Assembly: GCF_006345805.1 (NCBI RefSeq)
Contig: NC_043018.1
Location: 7,998,001-8,062,000, forward strand
Origin: Octopus sinensis
Taxonomy: Eukaryota
Length of the DNA: 64,000 bases
Direction: 5' to 3'
This document shows, in pieces, positions 1-10,968 of the stretch (its first letter is position 1; every line of letters starts with the position of its first letter). A model generated the notes under the pieces. It was not told the DNA's origin. It saw nothing but the letters and a program-made list of their open reading frames with translations, and searched no databases. The translations under genes were made by a program, and so were the position numbers.

Positions 1-318
1 GGTCCACTTTCCCTGCCATTCATGTCCAGGATCACCAAATTACCATTCAGGTTCAGGAAGATTCTTCGTATTTCAAGGTTCAAGGATTTCCAGAACAGCA
101 CTGCTACCCCACCACTCAAACTCAACAAACCGCAGGATAGGAAAATTTTGTAAGCATTGGAAATGGGTGTCAGGTTGTGTGGTGCTCCAGAAATCTTTGT
201 CTCACTAATGGCTGACACATCTATATCCAGCGACTTGAATTCATTGAGCAAGCGACCCTGCTTCCAAACTAAATCCAGGCCCTGAATGTTTACACAACAT
301 ATTCTAAGTGTAGCCTTT
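1..318 (-). mobile_element. L1/Tx1-like LINE ORF2 N-terminus, AP-endonuclease fragment running off the window edge
   Basis: Stop-free minus frame KATLRICCVNIQGL...DIDVSAISETK...SGGVAVLFWKSL... with APE motifs (N, xET, GVA.L). Confidence 0.7.
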
Positions 319-454
319 TAGGCAAGAGACACCGACCCCCTTATTCCTTATTCCTGCCAACATTACCACCACACCGTACTCCCACAACTGTTCCCACCAC
401 TGTACTCTCATCACCACATCCACCGGCTTTATTCTCCTCCACTCCCAGCTGTCA

Positions 455-895
455 TCAACATCATTGTTCGACCGTGGTCAAGACAATGGAATTTACCATG
501 CTACGCCAGACTTCACGGTCCATCATGGCATTATGGAGGTCCTGTTGCTGGATGCCTGTATCCCTGGAGATTACATCAGGGTAGGAGAGTGCGCGCCCTC
601 TGGTATTGCGAGTAGATGGCTTCCAGAGGAGAAGAGGAGAAATTACCTCGTTTTCAGCTCTACCACAATGTCCAGCAAACTGGACTCTCCTACCTTTCAC
701 AAGAGATGACACAGGTGCTAGTTTCCCATATATTTGTACTTTGGTTGGATGACGCTTCCACGAGAGATTTTGAGCTCTCATAAGGAGGCGAGTGTAGGTT
801 CCATCCAACCGCCTCTCAAGCTTCTTTGATAACGTCCAGGTTTCTGCGTCATATAGTAGAATTGGTTCGACTGTGGCTGTTCTCATCATTAACAT
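455..895 (-). mobile_element. RTE/RTE-X LINE 3' fragment (post-RT C-terminus)
   Basis: ORF 461-895: VEPILLYxAETWTL...QFAGHCxR...W. Confidence 0.85.
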
Positions 896-1154
896 CAGTG
901 ATCCATAAATTTACACCATTTTTTAATAAATTTTCTCCACTAAAGTTACCTAGACATTTTTGGAGAGAAAAAAAGGATTAGAACCTTTGAATGTCTCTCC
1001 TAATCAGGCTGGGCACAGTTATCTTTCCCTATCGTCTATATTTAAAGGAGAAATGTTATTAAAAATGTCAACAAACTTGTTTGAGGCAGGAAGATTGTTA
1101 TGGAGCAGCTGTGATAGCCATGAATGCAGTTAATAAGGAACTAAAGTAGATATA

Positions 1155-1223
<69 letters not shown>

Positions 1224-1236
1224 AATATAAATAATG

Positions 1237-1468
1237 GCGGCGAGCTGGCAGAAACGTTAGCACGCCGGGCGAAATGCGTAGCCGTATTTCGTCTGTCATT
1301 ACGTTGTGAGTTCAAATTCCGCCGAGGCCGACTTTGCCTTTCATCCTTTCGGGGGGTTGATAAATAAAGTACCAGTTATGCACTGGAGTCGATGTAAACG
1401 ACTTAATCCCTTTGTCTGTCCTTGTTTGTCCCCTCTATGTTTAGCCCCTTGTGGGCAATAAAGAAATA
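1237..1468 (+). mobile_element. tRNA-derived SINE family B; other copies ~6380, 11635-12058, 19845-20072(-), 29145-29358(-), 30910-31340, 33300-33505(-), 34395-34590, 36920-37150(-), 40522-40736(-)
   Basis: A-box-like gagctggcagaa, B-box gagttcaaattcc, shared body gactttgcctttcatcctttcgggg...gtaccagtt. Confidence 0.85.
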
Positions 1469-2187
1469 TATATATATATATATATAGAACTCATTTAAAA
1501 TTTTGGCCTTGTCAGTATGGAAGAAAGTCATCATCATTGTTGTTGTTGTTGTTGTTGCATCATTGTCATTTCATCACCATCATCATCATCGTCATTTAAC
1601 ATTCACATTCCTATGCTGGTACAAGTCTAGTGGAATTTTTTTGAGGCATGCTTTTCTGTTGTTGGGTACCCTTCTTGTCACTAACCCTCACCTGTTTTCC
1701 ATGCAGCGTAAGATTTTCCCATGATTCTCAGCAAACTGGAAAAGGACGACGTTGGTTGTATGATGGTTACGCTCATTTACAACCATCGCATGAAGTCAAG
1801 ACAAAGATACATACAAATACACACACATACACGTATGCACATATATATATGCATGCACACACACACAAACATATACATGAATATAACTGCCTTTCGGATG
1901 TACAAATTTTAATATACACCAGTAATGACATTCTCACTGCTATTGCCTTCTCTGTATATTGCATAAATGTAAATTTTTTTCCCCAAATAAATTCCACTTC
2001 ATATTCGAGGTTCTCATGAAGCTATAGGATGTTATTCAGGCACTCAACAACAAGTCCACAAAACCTTATAGCAGAAACAGCTACAAGCTAATGAACTTCA
2101 TAACATAACCATCGTTTTCCTGTGTCATATCTTTTTCTTAACATAAATATATGATTTGTATATATTTATATATATATATACAAATAT

Positions 2188-2334
2188 ATGTGGTAAGTAG
2201 CTTGCTTACCAACCACACGGTTCCGGGTTCAGTCCCACTGCGTGGCACCTCGGGAAAGTGTCTTCTACTATAGCCTTGGGCCGACCAAAGCCTTGTGAGT
2301 GGATTTGGTAGACAGAAACTGAAAGAAGCCTGTC

Positions 2335-2422
<88 letters not shown>

Positions 2423-2620
2423 CTGTGTTTGTCCCCCCAACATTGCTTGACAACCGATGCTAGTATGTTTACGTCCCCGTTACTTAGCGGTTCGGCAGAA
2501 GAGACCGATAGAATAAGTACTAGGCTTACAAAGAATAAGTCCTGGGGTCGATTTGCTCGACTAAAAGGCGGTGCTCCAGCATGGCCGCAGTCAAATGACT
2601 GAAACAAGTAAAAGAGTATA
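2188..2620 (+). mobile_element. tRNA-derived SINE family A with internal (TA)n(TG)n; other copies 4811-5200, 12261-12706(-), 13496-13880, 17231-17665, 19260-19660, 28490-28915(-), 32194-32565, 34605-35011, 48107-48442(-), 50838-51222
   Basis: ggctgtgtggtaagtagc head, gggttcagtccc B-box-like, CORE-like ccttgggcaagtgtcttc, conserved tail gactgaaacaagtaaaagag. Confidence 0.9.
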
Positions 2621-2850
2621 TGGGCATCTTTCAGTTTAATGTCTATCATATCCGCTTAAGAGGTTTTGGACGACCTGGGGCTATAACAGAAGACACTTAT
2701 TCAAAGCATTGCACAGTAGAGACCTGAGACCACCTGGTTGTGAAGCAAACTTCTTAACCACCCAGCCATACCTGCATCTATGTTAGAAATTAGGAATACC
2801 AAATTAATTACGTAGTAATTATAAGTATCATTTTCAATTTATGTTCACAG

Positions 2851-2945
2851 GTAACTACATAGTGCCACCTCCAATTCCTCCATCACGTAGCAAAAAGAGT
2901 GCGCACAAACCAAGGGAGCAGAAAAAATTCACTTCAGAAGCAAAT
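2851..2945 (+). CDS. SH2 adaptor (BLNK/SLP-76/CLNK-like), first exon visible in window: xNYIVPPPIPPSRSKKSAHKPREQKKFTSEAN
   Basis: ttcacag acceptor, AAT|gtaagt donor; phase 1 in, 0 out; YxxP motif plus proline-rich tract; joins in frame to 3599. Upstream exons lie outside the window or were not found. Confidence 0.85.
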
Positions 2946-3097
2946 GTAAGTTTGTTTATGATTGTTGTTGTTGTTGTTGTAGTTATGCCTTTTGTCCTTT
3001 TAGGGGACCATAAAATAAGTACCAGCAGAGCACTGGGGTCTGACATAATCAATAAACCCTCTCTTACAATATTATCGTATAACAATGAAACAAAACA

Positions 3098-3171
<74 letters not shown>

Positions 3172-3180
3172 AATAAGCAA

Positions 3181-3465
3181 CAAGAATGACTCCGGTAATT
3201 TGGTACGATCGTTTCGTACTACATCATTTTATTAAATGTTGTAAGTATTACAACAGTTTTAAAATGCTGAGCACTCATCAGCCAATTATAGAGGTTCTCC
3301 ATTAATACAAAAATTTTCACTTGATATGAAAATTTTTGTATTGATGGAAAACCTCTATAATTGGCTGATGAGTGCTCAGCATTTTAAAACCGTTGTAATA
3401 CTTAAAACATTTAATAAAATGATGTAGTACGAAATGATTGTACCAAATTACCGGAGTCATTCTTG
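3181..3465. repeat. Near-perfect fold-back palindrome (~140-bp arms), Penelope-like inverted terminal repeat
   Basis: 3181-3320 is the reverse complement of 3327-3465; each arm holds a hammerhead motif. Confidence 0.9.
3196..3288 (-). ncRNA. Minimal type-I hammerhead ribozyme motif (Penelope-like element)
   Basis: Minus strand: TAATTGG-CTGATGA-GTGCT...AGTAC-GAAA-CGATCG-TA^CCAAATTA; stems I and II pair, palindromic helix III, GUA triplet. Confidence 0.75.
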
Positions 3466-3598
3466 ACGGTAACTCGAACTTTCCAGTGTAAAGGGTTGAT
3501 CAGAATCAATTTAATATGCAATTTATCTCCAAATTTGGAACACACTCACGGAAAATGACAAAATCATTATTGTTTATATTATTTTCATTTCTTCTCAG

Positions 3599-3680
3599 AG
3601 CAGAAAATTTTCCAAAGATCCTAATAAAGGCCCTGAAAATTTATCACAAGCAATGTCTAAACTGAGACCAGTTACACCTG
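3599..3680 (+). CDS. SH2 adaptor exon, module 1: SRKFSKDPNKGPENLSQAMSKLRPVTP
   Basis: cttctcag acceptor, CTG|gtaaga donor; 82 nt, phase 0 to 1; paralogous to exon 10866. Confidence 0.85.
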
Positions 3681-4084
3681 GTAAGAAAGATGAAGGTTGG
3701 TATATATTTCTTTCAATTTCCTATAAAAGTGCTATCGAGTTTATATTATCTACAGATAATTTTCTCTCAGCTTAACCATCAAGCTTGTCACCTTGCCCCA
3801 GGTTTTTCTGGTGGTCCCTGAGATCTTAACCGCAAACCTCAATTAAAATACACACCTGTTACCGTTTTTTATTCTTTTAGTCTGGTACCAAACTCCTTGG
3901 TTTTCAGACATCTCATTGCATAACTGTGACATCATCCTAATATCCAGACACTGTTTTCTTTGGAACTAAATAGCTCTTAACCCTTTTGATACCAAAATGC
4001 CCGAGACTGCTGTGGTCCGTGATACAAACACCTTGTTTTAAAGAGGTCTAAATTAAAACCTTCCATCAAAGTACCAGCTTAGTG

Positions 4085-4420
4085 AAGGTGCATGGCTCAG
4101 TGGTTAGATCGTCAAGCTTACAATCATGAGGTTGTGAGTTTGAATCCCAGACCGGGCTGCGTGTTGTGTTCTTGAGCAAGACACTTTACTTCACGTTGCT
4201 CCAGTTCACTCAGCTGTAGAAATGAGTTGCGACATCACTGGTGCCAAGCTGTATCAGCCCCTTTGCCTTTCCCTTGGATAACACTGGTGGTGTGGAGAGG
4301 GGAGGATGGTATGCATGGGCTACTGCTGGTCTTCCATAAACAACCTTGCGCAGACTTGTACCTGGGAGGGTTACTTTCTAGGTGCAATCCTACAGTCAGG
4401 CATGACCGAAGCAGGTCCAA
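4085..4420 (+). mobile_element. tRNA-derived SINE family C (partial inverted copy 4437-4580; others 8517-8700, 14958-15292, 16452-16800(-), 57400-57742(-))
   Basis: ggctcagtggttag A box, gagtttgaatccc B box, ttgagcaagacacttta...gctccagttcactcagctg core. Confidence 0.85.
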
Positions 4421-5237
4421 CCTATATATATATATAGGGAAAGGCAACAGCTGATACAGCTTGGCACCTGTGATGTTGCAACTCATTTCTACAGCCGAGT
4501 TAACAGGAGCAACATGAAATAAAGTGTCTTGCTCAAGAACACAACACGCAGCCCGGTCCAGGATTCGAACTTACAACCTCATATACCAGCTTAATGATGA
4601 CAAAGTTATTTTTGTGCCAAACTCTTCATTATTTTCAAATGTAACACTGGAGTAAAGGCTGCTGTGCATTTTATCCAATTCTGCCTGTTTGCTGTCTTAA
4701 TCTTGTAAATAATGATAAACAGCGATATTTAAATGTTATTAATATTTCCTTTTCAAAACAAAAAAAATTAATTTGAAATATATAACCCTTTAGCATTGTA
4801 ACTTACCATAGGCGCAGGAGTGGCTGTGTGGTAAGTAGCTTGCTAACCAACCACATGGTTCCGGGTTCAGTCCTACTGCGTGGCATCTTGGGCAAGTGTC
4901 TTCTGCTATAGCTCCGGGCCGACCAATGCTTTGTGAGTGGATTTGGTAGACGGAAACTGAAAGAAGCCTGTCGTATATATGTATATATATGTGTCTGTTT
5001 GTGTGTCTGTGTTTGTCCCCCTAGCATTGCTTGACAACCGGTGCTGGTGTGTTTATGTCCCCGTCACTTAGCGGTTCAGCAAAAGAGACCAATAGAATAA
5101 GTACTGGGCTTACAAAGAATAAGTCTCGGGGTCAATTTGCTCGACTAAAGGCGGTGCTCCAGCATGGCCACAGTCAAATGACTGAAACAAGTAAAAGAGT
5201 ATATCTGGCCAAAATAATCTACATGTTTTATCTTTAA

Positions 5238-5453
5238 CCCTTTCGTTACCAAACCGGCTGAAACCAGCTCTGGCTCTGAGTACAAATGTCTTGTTTTCAT
5301 GAGTTTTGAATTGAAATCTTTCACCAAACCTTGGTCACAATTTATGTTCCTAACACTAGCTTAATGATAACCAAATTATTTTACTAAATTCTTTGTTATA
5401 TTTGAAGTAATTGAAAGAAACACAGAGCATTTCAAAATACAGTAACGAAAGGG
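5238..5453. mobile_element. piggyBac-like MITE (related family at 32629-32847, ~5610, ~20480)
   Basis: ttaa|CCCTTTCGTTAC ... GTAACGAAAGGG|ttaa: TIRs with TTAA TSD. Confidence 0.8.
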
Positions 5454-5699
5454 TTAAATTGGCTAGATCCAACCTTTCACATCTACCCTATAATGTCATT
5501 CTTAAAATAAACCATCTTATTATTGAAACTGCAAAGCTACAAGCTAAGGCATGACTAATGTGAATAAATAAACATTACATTTGATTAAGAAATCTTAATG
5601 CTAAAGGTTTAACCCTTTAGCATTTAAACCAGCTATATCCAGACCAAATGTTCTACCTATTTTATTATGAAACTGGACGGATTCGGCCTCTCACTCATA

Positions 5700-6200
5700 A
5701 TAATAAAAATAATAATGAAATTATTGTATACAGTGCTCAGGTGCACCACAACTTGTCAAAAATGCATATAAAGTATATGCAGTAATGTACAAATGTCTGG
5801 GAAGTGAACAGTGTATGAGTCAGATACATGCTTGCGTGTGTATGGAGGGGAGAAAATCAGGTGTAGTGTTGACAAATCTCAGGAAGCATGGAAGTCTTGA
5901 AGGATGCAGTGCTCCGACAACTAACAACTGATGCCGGCAGTTTGTTCCATGCTTCAGCAACTTTCAGCATGAAAAAATGTTTCTGAAAGTCATGGGAGCT
6001 GTGCTGTTTTCTGACTTTGTAAACATGTCCATGAGTGTTAGACAGGTGGAGTTTGAAAAGGTGATCAGAGTTATTGTTTGTAAGATGGTTAATAATTTTA
6101 TGGGTGTCTACTAAGTCAGCTGCCAGTCATTGGAGTTTCAATGTGTCCATGACCAGGGAAGTAAGGCGTTTAGAATATGGCAAATGCTTGATGGAGGGTA
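5700..6200 (-). mobile_element. CR1-type LINE 3' fragment, family 1 (others 18765-18930, 21487-21760(-), 35455-36210, 55945-56305)
   Basis: Shared 3'UTR with (ATT)n tail; 35455 copy encodes ERDLGVIVDS...RPHLEFASPVWNP...LEAIQRxATK. Confidence 0.85.
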
Positions 6201-6683
6201 TTCTTTTGGTTGCACATCGCTGAACGGCTTTTAAAAATAAACAATCACATCATTGGATTCTTGAAGCTACAATATAATGCATGATTAATTCAAAACAAGG
6301 TGAATAAATAAGCATTACTATTGACAGAGAAATCTGAATGCTTAAGGGTTAAAGATAATCTGTTCCTTCTTATTAGATGGTGAGTTGGCAGAATTGTTAA
6401 CATATTGGACAAAATGCTTAGTTGCATTTCTTTGGGTTCTTTACATTCTGAGTTCAAATCTCACTAAGGTCAACTTTGCCTTTCTTCCCTTTAGGGGCAA
6501 TAAAATGAAGTACCCATCAAGTACTGGGGTTGATGCAAATGATTGGCCCCTCTCCTCAAAATTGCTCGTCCCAAACCCTACAAAAGATTGACGTCCGGTT
6601 CCATATTTAAGCGATGAAGAATTATGTACATTATTTACATTATTTACAATTGACGGATGTTTGTCCTCATCTTGTTTGTTGTT

Positions 6684-6729
6684 AACACAACGTTTTGGCT
6701 GATATACCCTCCAGCCTTCATCAGGTATC
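6684..6729 (-). ncRNA. Hammerhead-like motif, degenerate (GAAA to AAAA)
   Basis: GATAC-CTGATGA-A-GGCTG...CAGCC-AAAA-CGTT^GTGTT; inverted partner at 7081 retains GAAA. Confidence 0.5.
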
Positions 6730-7080
6730 TTGGGGAAATTTCAAACCTGGGTTCTCATTCCTAAAGTATTTTTCGATATTATTATTGTTGTTGTCGGCGG
6801 TGGCGGCGACATTTTTGTTGTTGTTGTTCAGGTCACTGCCTGGAATTGAACTCGGAATCTTGCGGTTAGTAGCCCACACTCTTAACCACTACACCATATG
6901 CCCACTACGCCATATGCCCGTAGGCATTTGGTGTAGTGGTTAAGAGCGTGGGCTACTAACTGCAAGATTCCGAGTTCGATTCCAGGCAGTGACCTGAATA
7001 ATAGTAATAATAATAACAACAACAACAACAACATCGAAAAATACTTTAGGAATGAGAACCCAGGTTCGAAATTTCCCCAA

Positions 7081-7126
7081 GATGCCCGATGAAGGCTGGA
7101 GGGTATATCAGCCGAAACGTTGTGTT
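7081..7126 (+). ncRNA. Hammerhead-like motif with CCGATGA core, downstream of a tRNA-derived head
   Basis: GATGC-CCGATGA-A-GGCTG...CAGCC-GAAA-CGTT^GTGTT. Confidence 0.5.
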
Positions 7127-7288
7127 AACAACAAACAAGATGAGGGCGAATATCCGTCAGACTGGCGTCCCTTTTGGGGGAGGATATGAAAATCAGATAA
7201 CTGGCAATAAGGGTTCTGGGTCTCAAGGAAAATAAAACAGAATACCCTTAGATTTCTTATCACTAATATCAGTCTTTTCTATTTTCAG

Positions 7289-7314
7289 TAGACTATGTGC
7301 TTCCAGTAAATAGT
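7289..7314 (+). CDS. SH2 adaptor 26-nt microexon: (V)DYVLPVNS
   Basis: ttttctattttcag acceptor, AGT|gtaagt donor; phase 1 to 0 reconciles 3680 with 10866; paralogous to microexon 14598. Confidence 0.85.
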
Positions 7315-8040
7315 GTAAGTATATTTTTATTGTTTGTTTTTTTTCTCTTACTGCATTTAATCCTTGAACTATGGCCATGCTGGAGCATGCCTTCAGGTTT
7401 TATTTATTTACTAGCAGTATCGCCCAGCGTTGCTTGGGTTTGTTTTGACCCTTTAGAATTGGAATTTTTGAAAAGTAAAAATTTTGCATTATGTAGCTTG
7501 TTATTCTCTTTAAGTGAAATACACCAAAATACACACTGAAATACACACTGGTTGAAATACACCAAAAAAAATGGCGACACAGCAGTCAAAAAATCGTAAA
7601 ATTAGGGATTTTCATAGAAAAAAAGCACCTTTTTGATGTAAATAATTTTTGGTCTTAACATGGTCCGATTTGAATTTTTTCTTCTACAGAAGGAAGAGCA
7701 CGCCTTCTTCTATCATACTCTCAATTTTGGTCAACTTGCGCTGCAGGGTCTCGGAGGAGATAGTGTTAGTTGAAGGCTACCAAACCTGCCATACACAGAC
7801 AACTTCAGCTTTATATATAGAGAGAGATTCTATAAGCTTTCATGGGCCCCTGGACAAACAGGTCTGACTGTCCCTATTTATTTTCGAAGGATTATGGTTT
7901 ATGTATTTCTCTCTCGACTGAGAACTACATCATCTAGAATCATCAACAAACAGCCTGCATTTGAAACTGAGCTCCCAAAGACAAAACCCCCTTAAATAAA
8001 ACAAATACAAATAACAAGTTACTGGATGTGTAAACATAGG

Positions 8041-8457
8041 GGATCTTTTCGGTTTGAACAGCAGTTTTTAACATAATTTCTAGGTAACTAAAAAATCTTA
8101 AACTTCGTATACTGGTAGAATGTGTTTATAAAACATCTTTTTCTCTTGGCTTTATTGAGAAAATTCTATAGTTTGTAAGATATTTGTTGTTTTTCTTTCT
8201 TCAATTTCTGCAATTTCAACCAATCAATGATGTACATTGAGGTAAAAACATTCTGTGCCGTATGAATATGTCCCTTGTTTAAGAAACAGATTGGGTTTAT
8301 TTACATTTGTGAAGAAAAAAAGATACCCTTCCCCCCACCCCTAACCCTAAACCTAAAACAGATTGAACTGCAATAGATCGATACTAGGGTCATAATTATG
8401 GGTGACAATTTCATATGACACTGCTAGAAAAAACTGCCGTTCAAACCGAAAAGACCC
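8041..8457. mobile_element. MITE with GGATCTTTTCGGTTTGAACGGCAG TIRs and internal (TTAGGG)2; other copies 46248-46663, 49198-49612, 57913-58312
   Basis: Four ~415-bp copies with TIRs; 7-8-bp flanking duplication (aacatag/g) at this copy. Confidence 0.85.
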
Positions 8458-8919
8458 AACATAGGTTCTGACATCATTAAAAACATTGCCACGTGAATAC
8501 AAGTCTGTTACTTAGTGAAGGCACATGGCTTTGTGGTTAGGGTATTTGGTTTACAATCATAGATTCATGAGTTCAATTCCCGGTGATGTGTTGTGTCCTT
8601 GAGCAAGACACTTTATTTCACGTTGCTCCAGTCCACTCAGCTGGCAAAAATGAGTAGAGCTTGTATTTCAAAGGGCCAGCCTTGTCACATTCTGTGTCAC
8701 ACTGAGTGCCAGTAGTACTATGCTACTAGGAGCATACATACCAAGTAGACTGAGACGTACATATACTGTTGTTGTATAGAGTGGAAGTTCAATGCGAAGT
8801 TTTGAACTCAGTACCTTGTGGTTAGTAATCCATTACCTTGAATTAGAAGCCATTAAGTCTTTAAACATTAATTTACTGAATTTAGTCGTTTGACTAAAAC
8901 TTTAATTGATCATACTGAC

Positions 8920-9197
8920 TGTGGTGTGTGCAAGAGATTCGAAATGAAGGCACCTACCTTCTCTTCGCTCTGATGTAGGCCCTTCAGCGGTAACGGATCC
9001 TTCAACACAGCCCGACCCGAACGCTAGAGATAGAAGTTGCATCACCCAGCCTTAACAATGTGATCACTCGTCTTAACCCCCCTCGACGACCTGACTTGAA
9101 AGGCAGAAATCCCCACTCGCTGCGCGCGCGTCACGGCTGCCCCTTCCGGTCAGCCCCAAGTTCCGGTCAGCTCCCCAGCTGCTGACGTCATCCCACA
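8920..9197. mobile_element. Solo LTR (278 bp)
   Basis: ctgac|TGTGG...CCACA|ctgac: TG..CA ends with 5-bp inverted termini and a perfect 5-bp TSD; CpG-rich. Confidence 0.75.
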
Positions 9198-9700
9198 CTG
9201 ACCTCAGTATGTGTTTCATTCTGGCATTTATTTTATAGATCTCTACTTGATGAACTGCTAGATTTTGGGACATAGTGGGACACAATACCCGATTTAAGAA
9301 CAAATGTAAACACACACACACACACACGTACATGTATTAGGTGCAAGAATGACTGTGTGGTTGAAAAGCTTGCTTCCCAACCACATGGTTCCATGTTCAG
9401 TCCCTCTGCATGGTACCTTGGGCAAGTGTTTTCTACTATAGCCCTAGGCCAACCACAGACTTGTGACTGAATTTGGTAGATGGAAAACTGCAGCATTGTT
9501 CATCAGAAAACGACCAAAAAACATATTTATAAAGAAGAGTTTTTTGTTTCATATTCCTTGTGTGTCGATTCTGCCCATAAGGAAGGAACAAATAATACAA
9601 TGTGGCTGTAGGTCATAATCCCTGGGCAACAACAGGGTGCATTGCTATTATAGGACTTGATTTTCCAATGTATTCTTTCTTAATTTAAAATTATAGATTA

Positions 9701-10008
9701 CTAGCAGTATCGCCCGGCGTTGCTCGGGTTTGTAAGGGAAATAACTATATAAGCATTTTTAGAGAGTTACTTCCCTTATATAACCCGAGCAAAAATCATT
9801 AAAAATGCGGGAAAATGATGGTAAATTTTTTTTTTAAATCGTAGACTCATCGTAGACGTGCGCTAATACCCAGAAGGGCTCGATATGAATGACGACTATA
9901 AGATACCCGCTTTTGGTTAAATTGCATCGCAAAATGTGGGAGTAGTTAGGAATCTATATCAGAGGAGACAGAGTCTCACACACACAACTTCAATTTTATA
10001 TATAAAGA
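9701..10008 (-). mobile_element. Non-autonomous Helitron; other copies 7411-7827(-), 23990-24385(-), 27935-28227, 44950-45458, 45470-45761, 54996-55505(-), 56308-56904, 62874-63975(-, three in tandem)
   Basis: 5' A|TC, 3' hairpin cccgagcaacgccggg about 8 nt before CTAG|T, no TSD. Confidence 0.85.
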
Positions 10009-10865
10009 TTACTAGAGGGAAACTTCACTGTTATATCTAGCATGTCACAGCTTGTGCAGAGGTCTACCCTCACTGGCTCAAAGCAAACTTTAGCATAGTG
10101 TACTCCCACATCAATTATAATTGAAGAACTATGATTAAAGGCATTCCAATCATGACCATCCTGTCGTTCATATTATCAGGAACTATATTATCCAATACAG
10201 CCTTCCTTTAAGTATGCAATTTGTGGGAGTTTTAACTTATAATGGGAGGCAAGGTTCATGATATCAGATGAATATCGCCTTCTCTCATTAAAATTGTTCT
10301 TTGTGTTGTTTCAAGCTCCAGCAGGCGAGGAAAAAAGTCTTAATTAAAAATGCAATTAACAACCAGTTTATTTACAAGTTAGACAGAATAGATGAAGTGT
10401 GTTACTCTCAGTAGACCATCTCAAGCTGTGTGCGTCTACAACAAAATTGTTGTGTGTGTTTACTATATATGGATATGGAATGTATTTACCAGATTCAAAA
10501 TATCTATTGCTTGATTAAATTAGGAAAGAATGGGCTTTTTTTTCTTTTGTTTATTTTTAGTTACCTGTGGAACTGGTGATGGTACTACATAAAAGCACTG
10601 GTGCTGGTGCCATGTAAAAAGCACCCAGTACACTCTTTAAAGTGGTCAGCATTAGAAAGGGCATCCAGCTGTAGAAACCATGCCAAAATAGACTATGGAA
10701 CCTGGTGCAACTCCCAGCCTTGCCAGCTTCTATCAAGACATTTAACCCATGCCAGCATGGGAATGAACTTTAAATAATGTCACTGCTGATGATGATGGTG
10801 ATGCCAATCTTGATGATGAGGCTTAATCATCATCGTAATATAATTATTTTTGTTTCTTCTTTCAG

Positions 10866-10968
10866 AGTAGAAAACCCAACAAAGAAAATACAAAAATCGT
10901 AGAAGGTTTAGCCCTGGCACTGTCCAAACTGAAACCAGTTGCACATGGTTCCGATGAAGAGGATGGAG
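10866..10968 (+). CDS. SH2 adaptor exon, module 2: SRKPNKENTKIVEGLALALSKLKPVAHGSDEEDG
   Basis: tttcttctttcag acceptor; only frame 0 is open; donor GAG|gttggt (phase 1) chosen because it joins 14598 to give DEEDGDYVVPV; other GT sites at 10948 and 10973. Confidence 0.8.

Larger units (their letters stand above)
6650..7160. mobile_element. Head-to-head inverted dimer: tRNA-like head, microsatellite, Penelope-like tail with hammerhead
   Basis: 6650-6903 is the reverse complement of 6920-7160; A box tggtgtagtgg and B box gagttcgattcc at 6923-6994. Confidence 0.75.

Noticed and set aside
6923-6994. tRNA gene
   Set aside because: A/B boxes present but no complete cloverleaf or acceptor stem; it is the head of a repeat.
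3599-10968. Mutually exclusive exon hypothesis for the two SRK...KL[RK]PV exons
   Set aside because: The 26-nt microexon at 7289 bridges the phases, so both fit in one transcript as tandem modules.
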